This document shows, one piece after another, positions 11,682 through 24,438 of a stretch of DNA of 64,000 nucleotides. Position 1 is the first letter of the stretch. Each line of letters begins with the position of its first letter. Origin of the DNA: Lobosporangium transversale. Lineage: Eukaryota. The translations under genes and the position numbers were made by a program. The stretch lies in NCBI RefSeq assembly GCF_002105155.1, contig NW_019028979.1, positions 1,364,001 through 1,428,000 of the forward strand. The letters are read 5' to 3'. The notes under the pieces are model-generated. The model did not search any database. It was not told where the DNA came from and saw only the letters and a program-made list of their open reading frames with translations.

Positions 11682-12824
11682 ATGCTACAGACATTGTTCA
11701 GTCGAGGGTACAGACATGGAAAGCGCAGTACAATAGCATCGATCAGGACCATAGCGCTTGACATTGTCGTTCAAAAGCAGCCACAACAATGTCGCTCATT
11801 CATCAGTCTACCCAAGTTACCCAACCTACCCAACCTACTAAAACCACTCACGTCATCTAGGCAATACAAAGATCGCATCCTAGTCAAGTATTCGCAACAG
11901 GAGTTTTATGAACTTGTTGCTAACGTGGATGATTATCAGAATTTTTTGCCTTGGTGCACTTATTCAAAAATGTCTAAACCTTCGCCAGACAATACTGTTG
12001 AACCGGATCCAGCATTGAGCCGTCATCCAGGATCAGGGTCGGAAACAGACTTGAGGTCGAGCGTTACTGTCAGACATGGAGAGCTTGGTATAGGATTCAA
12101 TTCAGTTCAGGAACGATACGTCTCAACGGTGACTTGTCAGGAACCATGGACTGTTCGTGCTGTTTCATATGACTCAAAACTATTTAAAGAACTCGCTACC
12201 ACCTGGAGGTTCACTCCTAATATCCCAAAAGCCTCAACACTCGAGGCTACTCTGGACCACGAACTACAAGAGAGGCAGTTACTGACTAGACTTGCAGAAG
12301 AGGAGGACAATTCAGCCAGGAGAACAAGAAGAGACACATTGCCTTCAGAATCGTCGTCATTATCATCATCGTCAATATCATCTGTTTCAGCTTCAACTGC
12401 AATCCCAAAGCAACCGGAGCAGCATCGCAGGCTCACAGCGGCTTCAGTATTTGGTGCTTCCGCAATACCAAAGCCAAAAATGTTGACGGAAAACTCGCCG
12501 ACATCAGCCTCTTCTTCCATATCAGCAACGGGAGCTACGCCTTCAGCTCCAGAGTCAGATCTAGAAATTGAAGATGCTGGACCCACTCAGCAGCGACCCC
12601 TTCCTGTGCCACCAAAACAAACGATCAAGAGGATATCTTCGCCTTCAAATCTAGCAATGATGAAGCCAAGTGATTATCCTTCGTGTTGGGTGGATTTTGA
12701 AATCCAATTTGAGTTTGCATCGCCAGTGCACGCTTCCATGTCATCATTGTTCTTTGATCAAGTTAGCAAGGAGATGCTGAAGGCATTTATCAAAAGAGCG
12801 GAAACTCTATTTGGACCACGATAA
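11682..12824 (+). CDS. COQ10: Coenzyme Q-binding protein Coq10 (START/polyketide-cyclase fold) with a long low-complexity insertion
   Basis: Mitochondrial-type N-terminus; YSQQEFYELVANVDDYQNFLPWC, GFNSVQERYVSTV, LFKELATTWRF, CWVDFEIQFEFASP...MLKAFIKRA. Confidence 0.85.
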   Translation: MLQTLFSRGYRHGKRSTIASIRTIALDIVVQKQPQQCRSFISLPKLPNLPNLLKPLTSSRQYKDRILVKYSQQEFYELVANVDDYQNFLPWCTYSKMSKPSPDNTVEPDPALSRHPGSGSETDLRSSVTVRHGELGIGFNSVQERYVSTVTCQEPWTVRAVSYDSKLFKELATTWRFTPNIPKASTLEATLDHELQERQLLTRLAEEEDNSARRTRRDTLPSESSSLSSSSISSVSASTAIPKQPEQHRRLTAASVFGASAIPKPKMLTENSPTSASSSISATGATPSAPESDLEIEDAGPTQQRPLPVPPKQTIKRISSPSNLAMMKPSDYPSCWVDFEIQFEFASPVHASMSSLFFDQVSKEMLKAFIKRAETLFGPR

Positions 12825-12825
12825 C

Positions 12826-12862
<37 letters not shown>

Positions 12863-13288
12863 CAATAGACAAGGAAGTAGTGTCACGGTTTAGAATTTTA
12901 TTCATAGATTCTCCTAAATAAAAAAAAAATAAAAAATAAAAAAAATCATGGAAGACATCCTTGGCTTCGGTTATGCTACGGCTACAGCTCTGATACTATA
13001 GCCCTTAGTAATTAGACCATCGAAATTTTAACGCCGTACCATTAACGAATTAACGGACACAGAGAGCATTGCTACACCCATTGTCAGTAGCAGATAAATC
13101 ATTACACTTGCGCTAATTGGGCTCAAATGTTACTATCACTGCGCTGCGGCTCAAATGTAAAAAGAGCTATTCACAAAAGCAATGATGGGTTTATTTTTTC
13201 ATTCTTCTTCACCCACTTCCTTTCTCTCGCCTCCTTCGCCTTTCCCTTCAGCACCAGCATTGGTATCCAATAAGCAGCATTGGGAATC

Positions 13289-15175
13289 ATGCCAAAGCAA
13301 AACAAGGTGCCTAACGAGATCTTCTTTCAGATCGGGCAGCTGTTAGATCTACGAAACCTTGCTCAATGTGCTCTAGTCTCTCGAGCATGGAATGCTGTAT
13401 TCAGCCCCATGATCTGGTCTAACATCGCATTGGGACCAAGCAGCCGTATAATTGAGAATATCACTCAAGAAAGGATTGCAAACAAGGCTCATCATGTAAA
13501 GCACCTAATCTTGGAAGGAGATTCCTCCCCTCAACAGTTTGAATTCATCATACAATGTTTTCACCTTCAGACCATTTCGTTCCACAGAACAACGCCTTAT
13601 TACTACGACAGCAACGACAATGGCAAGAGAGAGACCCGACGACAATGCTTCAAGCCCTGGAAAATTAGTTGTCGACAGATCTTTAAACAAAATCGAAGAA
13701 CTCTTCGTTCACTCAAACTCCATGACTGTGTCTTGCCTACGGGAGAATACTGTGGCCAACGCTCAACCTGGAGTCCATTTCTCAGTCTTGTTCGTTTTTC
13801 TCGCTCAGTCTTGACAACGCTACGACTTGTTAACAGTATTATCCCACCAGGACCACATCTTGAAGCCTTTTGGACAATCTGTGAGCAGTTGGAAATTCTT
13901 GAGCTTAGAGAAGTCCATTTTGAGATGACTTCAGTCCCCAAAGCAGAACGAGCTGCAATGGCATTAGCAGAAGGTTATCATAATAACTTGGGCAGGCGCC
14001 ATCAGGTGGTCCGTAGACGATTTCCATGCCTTAAAGAGTTAACACTCTGGAGATCCGGTCCTTACAATCCTCTTGCGCAGCTCGAACAGATCATCCGATG
14101 TGCACCACGATTAAAGTCCTTGATTTGGCGCTGTACACGACAAAGTTGGTTTCCCTATTATCGGTTCATTTATCTTATCACTGGAGATGTCGGATACTAT
14201 CGGCAGCCTACACCAAAACAACGCTTACATTGTATTCCTCTAGAGCCTTGTGCGGGACCATGTTGGCCTGACCTGGGGTCCTTGACGATTACTGACTTGT
14301 GGTTTTCCTCTTACTTTAAACCAGTCGATTGTGTGCCCATCATCCGGGCCATGAAACGACTTCACAAACTGGATGTGCCTCTCGAGCACATGAGCTGTGA
14401 CATGTTTATCCACATGTTCACCCAACACTCCTTGACAATAACCGACATTGACTGGCGTAGAGCCGATATGGATATGATTCCAGGATGGTTCGACACAATA
14501 ATGTCTTGTCCAAATTTAAAACGATTCGCTGTCAACAATATACATGCTTACGATTTGATTCAGCCCCACAAGGAATGGAAATTTTTACATCGACTAGAGG
14601 AATTCATGGCACCTATCAGCATTGATCCCAGTGGTTATAACCCTCCTCGAACTAGGCCATTGACAGAGGCCGAAATTGATGAACAATACTCTCTTATATT
14701 CTCGCTACTAGCCAAGATGAGAGCTCTAAAAGTGCTGGATGTGAGTCCAGGTAATACTCAAATATATTGCGCCCGATGGCATTTATTGACTTTGCCGCTG
14801 AAGCTTGACAAAGGGCTGCGTCAACTCTCAGAACTGAAAAACTTGGAGTGCTTCCGGTTTAAAGGACCTCAAAATATGGGGCGAGAGGAAGTGTACTGGA
14901 TAATCCAGAATTGGAAGATGTTACAAACCTTAGAGGGAGGTCTTTTGGCCCGTAATCGATCACGATACATTGAGAGGCCCAATGTCTGGGATTGCGCTTT
15001 GGCTCAGATCTTGAATCGCCACAGAATAAGTACTCCCAATAGTATATATCACCCCAATTATATTCGCAAAAACGGAGGAGTCGACTGGAGCGAACCTTGT
15101 GATCATGATTATTTCAAAGGTGACTCTATGATCGAGCCCGATATCAACACCTTGGACCTCGATCTCTTCAACTGA
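13289..15175 (+). CDS. Intronless F-box/LRR protein, about 628 aa
   Basis: VPNEIFFQI...CALVSRAW; IMSCPNL, IFSLLAKMRALKVL, GLRQLSELKNL, WIIQNWKML. Confidence 0.85.
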   Translation: MPKQNKVPNEIFFQIGQLLDLRNLAQCALVSRAWNAVFSPMIWSNIALGPSSRIIENITQERIANKAHHVKHLILEGDSSPQQFEFIIQCFHLQTISFHRTTPYYYDSNDNGKRETRRQCFKPWKISCRQIFKQNRRTLRSLKLHDCVLPTGEYCGQRSTWSPFLSLVRFSRSVLTTLRLVNSIIPPGPHLEAFWTICEQLEILELREVHFEMTSVPKAERAAMALAEGYHNNLGRRHQVVRRRFPCLKELTLWRSGPYNPLAQLEQIIRCAPRLKSLIWRCTRQSWFPYYRFIYLITGDVGYYRQPTPKQRLHCIPLEPCAGPCWPDLGSLTITDLWFSSYFKPVDCVPIIRAMKRLHKLDVPLEHMSCDMFIHMFTQHSLTITDIDWRRADMDMIPGWFDTIMSCPNLKRFAVNNIHAYDLIQPHKEWKFLHRLEEFMAPISIDPSGYNPPRTRPLTEAEIDEQYSLIFSLLAKMRALKVLDVSPGNTQIYCARWHLLTLPLKLDKGLRQLSELKNLECFRFKGPQNMGREEVYWIIQNWKMLQTLEGGLLARNRSRYIERPNVWDCALAQILNRHRISTPNSIYHPNYIRKNGGVDWSEPCDHDYFKGDSMIEPDINTLDLDLFN

Positions 15176-15348
15176 AAGACAAGCAAAGACATTTGTATAC
15201 ACAATAATAACGACTTGCGTTGCTGAATAGTAGTAATAAAGATTAGATTCAAAAAAACCACAGTATCCATATTTAATAATATTTATTGAGGACGAGAGGA
15301 GATGGATGAATGGTGGGGGATAAATGGTTGATAAAAAATCTTAGACGA

Positions 15349-18300
15349 TTACTGCTGCTGCTGGTGACCAGCTTTCCTGGCAGCCTCACGCTCTCTCCAA
15401 CCACCGGCAGTGGCAGCTCCGAACAAGGGGCGGGATGGTCCTTCCTCGCGGGGAGCCTCACGTGCAGGCTCGCGGCGGGAGTCAGTGCGAGGTCCTTCAC
15501 GTACAGGCTCACGACGAGAATCACGGGAATCACGGGAATCACGGGAATCGTTACCACGAGCGCCAGGAGGACGATATGCTCCGGTAGAAGGCGCAGGAGC
15601 GCTCTCGCCAGCGGCAGCTGCAGCAGCCTTGGCTGCCTCGCGCTCTCTCCAGCTTAGCTTCTCACCTCCAGAAGCGGATGGGATAAACTTTGGAGGCGTG
15701 ACAGGTGCAGCGGATCCAGTTCTTGAACTGGCCAGACGAGCTTCGATCTGCGACTCCTTCTCGCGCTGCTTGGCAGCGATAGCATCCAGCTGTCGCTTCC
15801 TCTCCTCATACTCGGCTCTCTCCTTTGCAAGTTGGGCCTCACGTTCAACACGTCTCTTCTCTTCTTCAACAGCACGATGAGCAGCTTCAGCTTCACGCTC
15901 GGCACGCTCCTTCTCTTCGCGGATTTTGCGCGCCTCGTTCTCGGCCTTGCGCTCTCTGTAAAGCTGAATACGCTTCTGTTTCTCCTCCTCGATTTTGAGA
16001 CGAGCAGCCTCGCGTTTTTGAGCAAATTCTTCCTTGCGCTTCTCCTCCATCTCGCGACGGACATTCTTGTAGTCGTCCAAAATCCTGATCATACGCTTCT
16101 TGAGTTCCAACTCGTATGCATGTTTGGTAGCAGCAGCTTCGCGATGAGCCTTAACAGCAGCCTCATGATAAAGACGATCTGCTTTCTGCTGGCGCTCGTA
16201 GTCCTTGGCCAAAAGAGGACGCTCCTCCAAACGCATAGCACGTTCGACGTGATCCAAACGCTTGCCAATGGCCTTTGTACGCGCAGCCATCTCGCTCTTC
16301 TCCTTCTCCAATTGCTTGATCTGGATGGCAACCAATTTTTCTCTGTCCATGTTCTCAAGGTCCTCATCGTTCAAGTCGACGCCTGATTTGTTCTTTAGAG
16401 ACTCGGCTAACTTGAGAGACTCACTCTTACGGATAGCTTCCTGCTCAGCACGGATACGCTCCTCTTCGCGCTTACGACGGTCCTCTGCAAGGCGGATCTT
16501 GAGAGCTTCCTGCTCAGCCTGCAGACGAAGGGCCTTTTCACGAGCTTCCTCCTTCTCTTTGCGAGCCAACATGGTCTCGATCAGTTCCTTCTTGCGTTCA
16601 ATAATAGCCTTGCGCTCGAGAGCAAGATTGTGTTCTTCCTTCATGCTAGCGAGAGCCTTGACAAAAGCAGCCTTCTTGGCTTCCTTCTTTTCCTCAACAA
16701 TCTCGGGTGAAATCATAGAAACAGTAGTGTTGAGGCAGGTGGCCAAGCGGGTGAGCTGAGTCCTCATGAGGTCGGAAGGCAATGACTGCAAGACAGGTCC
16801 GTCCGTCACCATCTTGTTCTCTGAAGCGAACAGATCGGTTTCAAAGGTCAAGGACTGAGTAGCGTGGTCGATACGGATTGACAATTCGCCCTTTTTGCAT
16901 CCCTGCATGATGAACTTTTCAATGGTGGCAGAGTCGTAGTTGAAAGGGGGGGCGAAAGAAGCTAACTGAATAACGAAATCCAACTTGACAGTGGTGTAAA
17001 CCTGTGACAACTGCTGGAACAGACGGGTCAAGATGACTTGATGAAGAGGTTTGACGTACTTGACAAGCTCGGGATCCTCGGTAAGTTTGGTCATGATAGG
17101 CTCGATCTTTTTGCAAATGGAGAGAGGATGAAATTGAACTTCAAGAATGTTGTACAACTCGCGAAGCTCGGGGCGGACGTGTCTGAGAATGTTTTTGCTG
17201 AGAGCCTCCTTCAAAAGACCAGCACGATTGGGAGAGCGACTAAGACCCAAAAGAGCAGCCAAACGATGGGATTTATTTTTGGACTCATCAATCTCATAGT
17301 TGCTGTCCTTGGATGAAATAACAGGGATTGCCAAAGCAGAAAGCAAGGCGAGAGAGGCCATGCGGGTCTGCTCCTCATCAGTGACAGATCTGTTCTGAGT
17401 TTTGACAAGGGTGTAGTACTTGTTCCAAGCAGCAGCGTGGAAGAGGTAGTTGTCAGAAACCATGAAAATCTTTGTCAACTTTTCATAATAGTTGGCCATC
17501 ATGAAAGGTTTGGGCATCTTCTTGGACATTGTCATAAGGTTGTGAATATCCTCGACAGAGCGGAAAGCCTCCTGCCACAACTCGAGCTCAGCTGCAGCGT
17601 TGAGCTGCTGGAAACGAGTGTCCAAGTGGCGCTGGAGAGACTCAGGCTCGTTGAGGTTGATAGAATGAGGTTGGTGGGCGTATTTGGCAACATTCTGAAG
17701 ATGATTTCGGAGAAGGTCGCAAAGGCGACGGAACTCGGTCTTGCGAGCGTATTTCAAGCAGAAGTGGAACGCCTGGTGAGCAGTTGTCTGATAGAGAGCC
17801 TCAAGACGGGCATTGTTCCTGAGAATGTCAAGTACAGTCCTGTATGCCTCCCAAAGGAACTTTAGCCAAGGGGTGACGACAGCACGATCAGTACGATCCT
17901 TGTTTTGTTCACCCGAAACGGTGCTGAGGAGGATGGACTCGGGGGTCTCAGTTGCCTCCAGATCGTCCAATCCGTCCAATGTGATCTTATCAGCCTTGGC
18001 CTGAGCCTCCTGGACCTTTTCCTCCGACAGCTGAATGAACTTTTTAATCACCAACTGGAAAGAGAGAAACGAAAAGATGAAAAGATATTGATTAGTCTTC
18101 TTCAGACCCTATTTACAAAACCATTTTTAAAAGAGTGAAGAGTAAGATAGAAACAATCCTACCTCGATGGTAGCAATGCTGGTGTTCTGAGAAATATTCT
18201 TGTATTGATGGAGACCCTCTTTGGCGATCTTGCCCTTGCGGAGCGAAACGCACAGCTCAACAAACTTGAGCATAATAGGCTCAAGTGAGACTAAAGGCAC

Positions 18301-18409
18301 GCTGCGGGATCTCTTGGAGATGATCACATCGTGAAGAGCCTCCAGGGCAGCAGCATTCTGGCCGACAGCAATGAGTTCTAGAGAACAGCACAAGTGTAGG
18401 CGAACGTGT

Positions 18410-18444
<35 letters not shown>

Positions 18445-18998
18445 ACGAAATTTCGTATATGCATGCGTGTGTATGTGTGTGTAAATGGAAAATACAAAAA
18501 AAAAGTTTCCAGGGGGAAGGTAATCTAATTGCAACTTGGGTTGGAGATCCCATTTCGCGCCAGATAAAGACGAGACGAGTCAAGTTAAAGAAAAAGTCGA
18601 GTTGGCTGATAAGATGCTTTGCTTTGTCAGGATGGGTGAACACAAATATAGAGGAGGAGTACATGGATGGATAGACCGATAGATTGATGGGTAGACGGGT
18701 AGATAGATAGAGAATAAAGGATAGATGGATGATAGAGCAAGTTCAAGGGCATGGATGTGTGTCAAGGTGTATCTGTTGGATGGGTGACGACACTTCGGTC
18801 TACTACTTGCTGGCCGCAGAAATTGCCTGTAAAATTTTGACAGGTAAACAGATCAAGCAAGACCTTTTTGATTGAATATTTTGTAGAGAAAACAAAATGA
18901 AAAAGATGTGGTGGAATGTATCTTTAAGGAATAGTAAAATGTATCCGTTTACCATCGGCTCTGCGAAGCACTGATTCTGGCTTTGCGAAAGGTGCCAT
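15349..18998 (-). CDS. TIF32: Eukaryotic translation initiation factor 3 subunit A; exons 18998-18953, 18377-18163, 18054-15349
   Basis: Start [62 protein letters not shown] region and long coiled coil; GT-AG introns keep the frame. Confidence 0.95.
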
Positions 18999-19209
18999 GA
19001 TGAAGAGAGGAGGGTGATGAGGTGAGAGGGAAAAAAAAAAAAAAAAAGATTTCAGTGTTGTGTTTGCATATCACCAAAATCTAATCAGACAACGACAACA
19101 CACACGCGCGCGCATAAAAAAAACGCCACTGAAATTGGAAGCTTTACACATTCACACATTCACACCTTGTGTTTTGTGTTTCGGAGACCATTTGCAAACG
19201 TGCGCTTCA

Positions 19210-20061
19210 ATGACATCGCCATTCAACTATCCGCCACCAGGGGGCGCTCCTAATGCAAATAGCACCTTAAGTCCATTGCGTCCGTTCTATGGCACTCAGC
19301 TAGATTCGCCATTGCAGTCTTATTACCAACATACTGCTCAGCTTGAACATGACCTTGCCAACACCCACGAAGTAGACCCTGATTCACAGGCTGCTACCAA
19401 AGAACTGCTCAGATATGGCCTCCTAAAGTATTTTACCCTTGCACTCGCATCTCCATTCGAGGTTGCACAAATCTTGATGCAGGTCGAATACTCGCCTACT
19501 GACGAAAGGGACGACACTGTTAACGACTGCCTTGATACAGCAGAACAGGTATTTTACTTTTTTTTTTCTTTTTCTTTTTCTTTTTGGCTTTTGAGCGCAA
19601 TCTTTTCAACATTATCAATTTGTGTATTTTGCATGCAACTGTGCCTTCATCTCACAATTGTCGATTCCTCACATAGGAGAGATATGATGAAGAGTTCCGA
19701 CGTGCCCAAGAGGCCGCTGAAGAGGAAGAGTTTTTCGAAAACGAATCGGAATCAGATGGTTACTATTCCAACAGCGCTCATACCGGCCATTTCCCCTCAC
19801 CTCGTTCTAACGTTAATAAATTGGACCCAAACTCTGCTGTGTTTAAGGAGCGCAAGCTGTTTGATCAGTCTGGATATTTGATCCGCGATGATGTCTATGA
19901 TGAAGATCTCAGACCTGCTTTTCAGTTGGCCCCAATTAATGGGGGTGTATATTCTGTAATGAAAGCTTTGTTCAATCATCCTACAGAAGGACTCTTCTCT
20001 CTTTGGAAAGGTATCGTCATACCGGATCCACATTCAGCTGGATGTGTATCTCCTCCTTTCT

Positions 20062-20101
<40 letters not shown>

Positions 20102-21078
20102 CGGTATTCGGGGTAGTCGACTCATCTTCCTATTATTCTAGGTCAATATACCAACTGGCTATACGAGATTTTGCATCTATTTGCCCAACCAACATTGGAG
20201 GCTACACTAAACGATACATTCGATCTATATGACGATGCTATCCCTCTGGTGCACCTTGATCGTGTTGGACCCAACATTGCTACTTTAGTCGCCTCCCATG
20301 TTGTTGTCGGATTCATCCTCTCTCCCTTGGAGCTCGTGCGCACTAGGTAAATACAAAGACAGTGTAAGCATTGCTTATGCTGCTTCTGTTGTTTTATTGC
20401 TTGATAAACATACACACCATCTTCTAATATAAACCTTTGAATTCTGGAAATATCATACATAGACTCATTGTACAGACAGCTGACCCAAAGCAGCGCAAAT
20501 ATACCAGCATGCTCAATTGCATTTCAACCATCATATCTGAGGAAGGTTTTACAGCACTTTGGGGCGGTGTCAACCTCTTGCCAACCCTTCTGTATCACAC
20601 AATCAACCCATTGCTTACCAACTGCATCCCTCTGGTCATTGATCGTGTTTTCAAAATTTCCGCCGAGGACTCGCCTTCCCTATATTCAGTTGCAGAATTG
20701 GGACTGGAAGTTCTGGATCTTTTGATTCGGTCGCCTCTGGAGACTGTGAGGAGACGTCTTCAGATCCAGATCCAAGCCAAGATCCCTGGGAAGCGTTATG
20801 AGACTGTGGTGGAGACAAGGAAGAGGCCTTATTCGGGCATCAAGGACTGTCTCTACAAGATTGTGCAGGAGGAAGGCGGAAAGCCTAGGAGGAGGAGACG
20901 ATCTAGAAAACAAATCGAGGATGGCGATGAAGCAGACAAACCAAAAATTCCATGGTATGGTGTATGGCGTGTCCGTCGTCTGTATACAGGATTAGGTATG
21001 TTTCTCACAGGCAATCTTGTTATGTTTGCGGTGAGCACTACATCCAACCTGAATACAGAAAGCCTCGAGGACTGGTAA
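19210..21078 (+). CDS. UGO1: Ugo1-like mitochondrial fusion protein (degenerate mitochondrial carrier); exons about 19210-19548, 19678-20010, 20142-20346, 20463-21078
   Basis: Carrier-type motifs SPFEVAQILMQV, SPLELVRTRLIVQ, SPLETVRRRLQIQ; EGLFSLWKG; acidic loop after the first motif as in Ugo1/SLC25A46. Confidence 0.75.
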
Positions 21079-21286
21079 AGTTACAGCTGCACTAGATAAT
21101 AATGATAATAATGAACAGTGGGTAGTAATACACATGTTCGTTGGCCACATTGTTTTTAACACATTGATTCAGTATAATAAAAGAAAATAAAAGAGAAGGC
21201 TCCGGTCCATAATTTGTACGCCCTTAATACTATATTATAAAAAATGCGGAACTATACTATACATAACAAGGAGATGGCTTTTAGCT

Positions 21287-22818
21287 TTAAAACCCATATT
21301 TGGACTGTGTCTCGGCTTTTGTTCTGCGACTGGCAGCCCAACTGGCATTCAGCTGTTGTTCATTCGCTTTCGCCTGATATGCTAGTGACATGATATTGTG
21401 CTTCCGTTTTTGTCCTAAAGAAGGTTTCAAATGCTATAGGTAAAAAAAAAAAAAAAAAAAAAAAAATTAAGGAGCGGACGGACGTCAGCCGATGTACAAC
21501 ATAACCATGTATTACTTCTTTTTTTAAAATTACTTACTTCAATTGACGCAAGATTCACTGGCTTTGGTTGGCCACCGTTTGCTCCCATAGCCATCCGCAC
21601 ATGCTGTGCTTGACTCATCTGGTCCTTTGCAGAGATGTCGACTACATTGATTGGCATGTCTCGCGCCTTTCTCATACCTAGCTTATGTAACTATTGTAGA
21701 TGCGAACAAAAAAAAAAAAAAAAAAAAAAAAAAAGGTTAGGAAGGTCATTCTCTATCAAGTTCATAAGGATTTGTTATGAAATACTATAAGGACCATGGA
21801 ACAATTAAGCCCCAACACCTACTGCTGCTGTATCCAGCTCAACCATATTACTGCTATGGTTTTCTGAGGATCCCTGTAAAGTATGCGCATTCATATCCGC
21901 TGTGTATCCTTCATAATTCTGATATGCATACTGATCATTTGTAGGGTAGGCGTATTGATCATTTGTCATATATCCATATTGTTCATTCCCACTGTATGCA
22001 TATTCCTCATCACCCGTATAGGCGTATTGCTCATTCGTTGTTGAGACATCTACAGCTATCTGATTTTGTGCCTCCCGCTCCTCTGTAGTCAAAGGTTTCT
22101 TGTCGAAAAACAGTGGAATATAAGTGCTGGAAGCAGTTTTTCCAGACTTCGATGATGATCCCATTGATGAGCCAATGGCTGCATCCCCTAGTGGAAAGAA
22201 TGATACCGGTTCTTCGGCTTCGGTTTCACCTTCACCCTCATCGTCAGACTGATTTTCCTCAACTTCTCCCTTCATCGTATCGCTGGCTTTTCCTGAGACT
22301 GAGCCTTTAGTTGTAGCAGATGTTATTGCAAGAGTAGGAGTAGAAATGGTGGTTTTTTTAATTGTCCTTGGCATGAAGCTAGGCTTCGCTAAAGTCGATG
22401 CCGTAGTAGACGAATTTTGTCCGCTCTTGGGTGCAGGTAACATTGCAAACAGAGCGCCCACACCACTGCCTGCATTTTTGGTAGCAGCAGCCAGTTTGGC
22501 TTTTTTTCTAAACTCTGAATCTTCATCGGAATCAGAGTCAGATTCAAGAGTTGGGAGAGTATGGTATTTGCTGGTCTTTGGGATCGAGGGTATTGTCACA
22601 GTCTTCGTTGAGGCAGTAGAGTTGGGTGATTTACATTTCGGTGATGGTAATAAGTTGGAGAGTGAATGGATCTTTGATGGTGTTGTTATTGTGATACCTT
22701 CAGCTGTTGCTGATGTTGACGCCGCTCCCTCTGATGCGCGAGCACTTGTGGTGAAGATAGGAGTTGATTCTGTATCAGAGTCATCTGAATCTGATCCATA
22801 TGCTGCAAGAGCGTCCAT
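21287..22818 (-). CDS. PRCC-domain (mitotic checkpoint / splicing-associated) protein, multi-exon
   Basis: Start MDALAAYGSDSDD, LFAMLPAPK; last exon reads QKRKHNIMSLAYQAKANEQQLNASWAASRRTKAETQSKYGF*, the characteristic PRCC C-terminus. Confidence 0.8.
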
Positions 22819-23010
22819 GATGTGCTGTTATTGACGGACAAAAGCAAAAAAAGAGCTTTACTTCTTTTTAAGGCGAAGCGATGCATTTTGTCAGGTGTCA
22901 CGAGTCTGAATACCACACAAGAACCAACGATTTTCTCAGAAACGCAGCTTATCTCAACATTGCGTTTCATTCTTTCTTTTTCTTTATCAGCTTCGAATTC
23001 TCCCGTTGTC

Positions 23011-24438
23011 ATGCTTGAACCGAATGTATTCCAAATCCCAGAGCTCTGTGGGCGCATTGCGCGATATTTATCGATGCAAGATGCCATCAATTGTGTTCAG
23101 GTCTGCAAGGAATGGAACACCATTTTCATAAATGTTATCTGGTATACTATTGAAGTGGACGTTGAGACGAACTCGAAACTGCCAGATCAAGAGGCATTGG
23201 CCAAGCACTTCCAGTTTATCAGAAATCTCATTCTTCGAAACTCTTCATTGGATCTTATCCCATCTTCATGTCCAAACTTGCGCTCTCTAAGCATTGAGCG
23301 TGTCAGCTGTCTTCAAGCTAATATACTCCGTGGCAAACAACAACTGATTGCTCTAGAATTAAAAAGTGTCGAACTGGATGATGCCTCTGTGTTGTGGAAG
23401 TTAGTAGCATCAGAGCTTCATCAGCTTCGTGAGTTATATCTGATTGTTGCGGACATTGACCAGGACTCGATCGAGCACTTTTGGATGGTATGTTCGCGTT
23501 TATGCACCCTTCAGCTACGACGCGTTGAGTTATCTCGAGGACCAGATTCAGCTTTGGATTTCCCCCAGATGCGCTCTATGAAAATTGGTGTTTTAATCGG
23601 CCTAAACCTTGAAGACTATCGCGATTGGTTCAGTAACTGCCCCAATCTAACACACCTTCAGTGGGCCCACAGAACTACTTTCCCGTTGTCAACAATGTCA
23701 GTCCATGTTGTACGGGAATCTTGGTCACTGCTTCAATCATTGGATCTGCATCACGCAATCATTTCAGATAAAGACCTGGCAATGATTGTGGAAGGCATGA
23801 GGAAGGTCACAGAGTTGTTTGCTACTGTCGCCGGGATTGGCCCATATACGTTTTCAGCGCTGCGCCCTCATTTTGCTGGGCTTGAGGCTTTATCTTATCC
23901 ATTATCGCATCATACAAGGAGCCATCTCGGTGGAGATGTGACATGCAGGATGATCAACGAGGTTCTGACATCTTGTCCAAAATTGAGACAACTTGCAGTT
24001 GGAGCACTTCGGCCAGAAGACTTGTTATCAAAGAATGAACAGCCCTGGGTCTGTACAAGTTTGAGTGTGTTGAACTTCCAAATCGGATTCCCACGAATAA
24101 GCGATCCTGCGCTTCATCATGCTATTTTTGCACAACTTTCAAGGTTACACTCGCTTGAATTTCTAGGCATCACAGGGCCTGGAAACTCCGATGCTGAAAA
24201 TCGACAGTCGCTTGACTTCCGATTAAGTATGGGCTTATCCCAGCTTGCAACGTTAACCAGGCTCAAGCATATCCTACTTGAGGACGCAGAGCAGAATATG
24301 GAACTTGAGGATTTGCAGTGGCTTTTTGAAAACCTGCGTGGTCTGCAGGAGGTCTCGGGAAGGTTGAATATGGATGATAATAAGGAGCGTGAACTCCAAA
24401 CAACCATTGCGATGTTTAAGACAAATCGTTATCCTTGA
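23011..24438 (+). CDS. Intronless F-box/LRR protein (start MLEPNVFQIPEL)
   Basis: FQIPEL...CVQVCKEW; VLTSCPKL, PWVC, IFAQLSRL, LDFRLSMGL, EDLQWLFENL. Confidence 0.85.
   Translation: MLEPNVFQIPELCGRIARYLSMQDAINCVQVCKEWNTIFINVIWYTIEVDVETNSKLPDQEALAKHFQFIRNLILRNSSLDLIPSSCPNLRSLSIERVSCLQANILRGKQQLIALELKSVELDDASVLWKLVASELHQLRELYLIVADIDQDSIEHFWMVCSRLCTLQLRRVELSRGPDSALDFPQMRSMKIGVLIGLNLEDYRDWFSNCPNLTHLQWAHRTTFPLSTMSVHVVRESWSLLQSLDLHHAIISDKDLAMIVEGMRKVTELFATVAGIGPYTFSALRPHFAGLEALSYPLSHHTRSHLGGDVTCRMINEVLTSCPKLRQLAVGALRPEDLLSKNEQPWVCTSLSVLNFQIGFPRISDPALHHAIFAQLSRLHSLEFLGITGPGNSDAENRQSLDFRLSMGLSQLATLTRLKHILLEDAEQNMELEDLQWLFENLRGLQEVSGRLNMDDNKERELQTTIAMFKTNRYP

Noticed and set aside
15517..15549. 9-bp tandem repeat GAATCACGG
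   Set aside because: Coding repeat (RDS units) in the disordered eIF3a C-terminus.
15410..18138. Many plus-strand ORFs opposite eIF3a
   Set aside because: Antisense shadows of a codon-biased coding sequence.
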